DNA from: Tubulanus polymorphus
Taxonomy: Eukaryota; Animalia; Nemertea
NCBI RefSeq assembly: GCF_964204645.1
Contig: NC_134035.1
Location: 6,967,101-7,031,100, forward strand
Direction of reading: 5' to 3'
Length of the DNA: 64,000 nt
The notes under the pieces were generated by a model, which was not told the origin of the DNA, ran no database searches, and worked only from the letters and a program-made list of their open reading frames with translations. Positions 61,137 to 64,000 of the stretch are shown in pieces; position 1 is the first letter of the stretch; each line of letters starts with the position of its first letter. A program made the position numbers and the translations under genes.

Positions 61137-63527
61137 CGGTTCCTGAACTTCGCTGAAAAAGCTGAAACACTGAAAAGCTGAAACGCTGAAATAAAAACGC
61201 TGAAATTTCAGGGAATTTCCGAAAACCGCCGAAATTTCAGGGAATTCCCGAAAAACGCTGAAATCGTGCTAGGTACCGACAATACACGTTTTGAAATGTT
61301 TTCCGGGCCGGTGTCCGCTGACGAGTCCTGAACCGTGTTTTATGCTCTACCTTCGGTTACAGAGACATGCCCGAAGGTCGTCGTCATGATCGACTTGATC
61401 GATTGCGGATTGCGTGGATTGTTAGATGTGTTTTTTGCCATAGTTTTATGTGCATATACCGGTACGATCTAACAATGAAGTTATCACTTCATTTGAATAA
61501 ATTCTTAATCACAGTAATATTAATTCACAATATTTTTTCTTATGTTTGGTGATTTCTTGCAACTTATCATTGCCAAGTCTCATACAAGTAGTAGCTGAAT
61601 GAAAGTACAGTTGAAAGTACAGTTGGGTTATCAGGCTGAACCTGATAACCCAAATTAAGTGCTAGCATGGAACTAATGATTATTTTGATTCTATTTTCGG
61701 TGTCATTGAAATTCGTTAATAAAGGTTCAACCGTCATAGTATACTGTACTTAGCATTGCTACAATTGGGTGCCATATTTCTACAATTTCTACAAGGAGGA
61801 AGGAATCTTTAAGTGTCTTTGTTCCCGGGTAGGGTACGGGGTAAAACCTGGTTTACTTTCTCTTTCGACTTGCCGGAGACTACTATCTGCAATGTATTGC
61901 ATGCTTTGATGTGTCTGGCCTATAGGAGTCGAACGATATTTTTTTCCCATACACAGGCATGGCTTTAGTGTAGATGAAGGCTAGGCACTGCACATTGTGG
62001 ATTGACTGGAACTCTTAACTCACAAAATTAAACGAGTCAACAAGAAAGATCCAATAATTGGACATTTGTCTAACTATATTATTTAACAGCTTGAAATAAT
62101 ACATAACACATTCTGCAAGAGTATACAAAGGAAATCAGTTCTTACATTATATCAGAATCAATAGTTCGCTTAACTAGAATTCTGGTTCCATTGCTTCATA
62201 TTCTAATGAAATCCACTAGTATACCTTAGAATATCGCTTAGCTTAAGACTAAAAATTTGGTACCAGGAAACGGGGAAGAAAAGTGGGTGTACTGTTCATC
62301 CGCAATTGACTTATGTCTCTCTGGTTGAATCAAGTTATAATTGAAATAGCATTCGAATAGCCATTTTATTTTTAAAAATTGTGTCATTCAGCTATCCTGC
62401 TGCAAATTTCGCAGTTGAAGTTTACTGGTGCCATCTGATTTCTCAGTATCTCAAAAAATTTGCACATTCTAAGCCTGAATCTAAAAATAGAAAAAGGTGC
62501 ATTTTAGTCGGATATAAAAGAATAGTGGCTAATACACCCTGGACTATATAGCCTGTGGGGTGGGCCTAGTTTGAAAGCACTGAGGTCCGAGAGAACAGCA
62601 CTTAGTAAATAAATACTGAAATTAAACTTACAAAACACCCAGTACTTGAGATGATGTACTTGACAAGAAGTGTCACCAGCTAAGCAAATCAACTTTGTCT
62701 ATGACTCCTCCTTTTATAGATTCAGTAGTAGTCTAAAAATAAGAATCGGTACATTTTTCTAACAGTTGGTATGTCATTTCTTCAAAAAAACTAATTATTA
62801 TCACGCCACAGCAAATAAATTATTCACAGTTGTTGAATGGTTAGCCCGATTTAGATTAATTGGTTGACGCTAATCAGTATGACCCATACGTAGGGGCCTA
62901 CTGCATGCCATTGGCGTCAATCCATTCCATTCCATTCCACAGTGAATTAAAAAGAAATTTAGTTAGATCCCTTTTGTCCAAAAGCTGCATCATTTATATA
63001 ACTAGCTGTCAAATTTAATTTACCTCCTTCAGAGAATACCATAGTGACATAGTCCGTCGCCCATCAACGTGTTGACAAAAGAAAAGTTGCTCCATGTTTT
63101 ATACATGAACGTTCAAATAAGATATTTTGCGTCTTGCAGGGAATATTGAGCATAGTGTTTAAGTTGGCTTGCACGGATTGTGAATGGGTTTTCCTCATTA
63201 TGCTGCCTGTATGCATTAAAAATCCGGATTTCAAGCGAATTAATTTGTCCAACAAGTGGCCCTCTAAAAGTATACTCCACACATACTGTCCATGCGTGTC
63301 TCTGTAACCGAAGGTAGAGACTAAAACACGGTTCAGGACTCGGCAGCGGACACAGGCCCGGAAAATATTTCAAAACGTGTATTGTTGGTACCTAGCACGA
63401 TTTCAGCGTTTTTCGGGAATTCCCTGAAATTTCGGCGTTTTTCGGAAATTCCCTGAAATTTCAGCGTTTTTATTTCAGCGTTTCAGCGTTTCAGTGATTC
63501 AGCTTTTTCAGCGAAGTTCAGGAACCG
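61137..63527. mobile_element. MULE-like DNA transposon with ~230-bp TIRs, no recognisable transposase
   Basis: TIRs 61137-~61366 and ~63298-63527 with GCTGAAA sub-repeats; 10-bp TSD GGTAAATATA (61127-61136, 63528-63537). Confidence 0.87.
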
Positions 63528-64000
63528 GGTAAATATATGTATAAAAGGTTGTATACCAACTTGAATTGAAGGATTAATGCAATAGGTCTCTTATTCTAAA
63601 AGACGAGTGAGCCATACTTACTAGATTGGTCATGTGAATCAACATCAAATTTAGAACTATGATCCATTTTTAGTTTTCAATCAAAGAGCAACCTATGAAA
63701 TAAAGTACATATTTTTCTGATAACAACCTGGAATATATTAAAATAAATCTGAGGAATTCACCAAATTTCTGTATCGAACCCCTAATATATAACCTATAGA
63801 TTGATACTTACATACGACAAATTGACGAAGAAACTTCATTTGACAGTATACAAACTCGCGGACAAACTCCCAAAATGAATCATGTCCTATTCACCTAGAG
63901 TCAAACAAAATACAACTAAAAAATTCACAATACAGATTTCGGTTTCGAATCCTTCAAATAGCTGTTTACTTACATGAAACGAATTATCAAACTACTTCTG

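Noticed and set aside
61315-61400. Possible hammerhead core CTGACGAG
   Set aside because: No closing stem II plus GAAA, and the other TIR copy reads CTGCCGAG

Overview
AT-rich eukaryotic DNA, probably from a marine invertebrate (inferred from the repeat types), made almost entirely of nested mobile elements. I found no convincing host gene. From left to right: (1) a LINE on the minus strand running off the left edge; (2) an intron-containing PIF/Harbinger transposon with CTG TSD (4298-7650); (3) a CR1/L2-type LINE with a zinc-knuckle/esterase ORF1 (~8600-13266); (4) a GC-rich ~3.2 kb endogenous ssDNA virus (15190-18455). The virus encodes a CRESS-type HUH/SF3 Rep and a small CRESS-like capsid fused to a parvovirus VP1u-like phospholipase A2 domain, and is bounded by a 70-nt direct repeat implying a 3195-nt circle; this is the most striking object in the window. 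(5) A decayed Polinton-type pPolB gene follows, split by a ~22.5 kb array of Helentron-associated (HINE/DINE-like) elements and by a second LINE. (6) Inside that array sit an LTR element with non-canonical TT...AA termini, MULE-like elements, MITEs and satellites. (7) A near-complete Gypsy element (47849-57597) has a -1 frameshift pseudoknot, a nested hammerhead-bearing Penelope element, and an SGNH-hydrolase ORF where env would be. (8) A Helentron-like PIF1 helicase remnant and a long-TIR MULE-like element end the window. All family calls come from motifs read by eye; no database searches were run.
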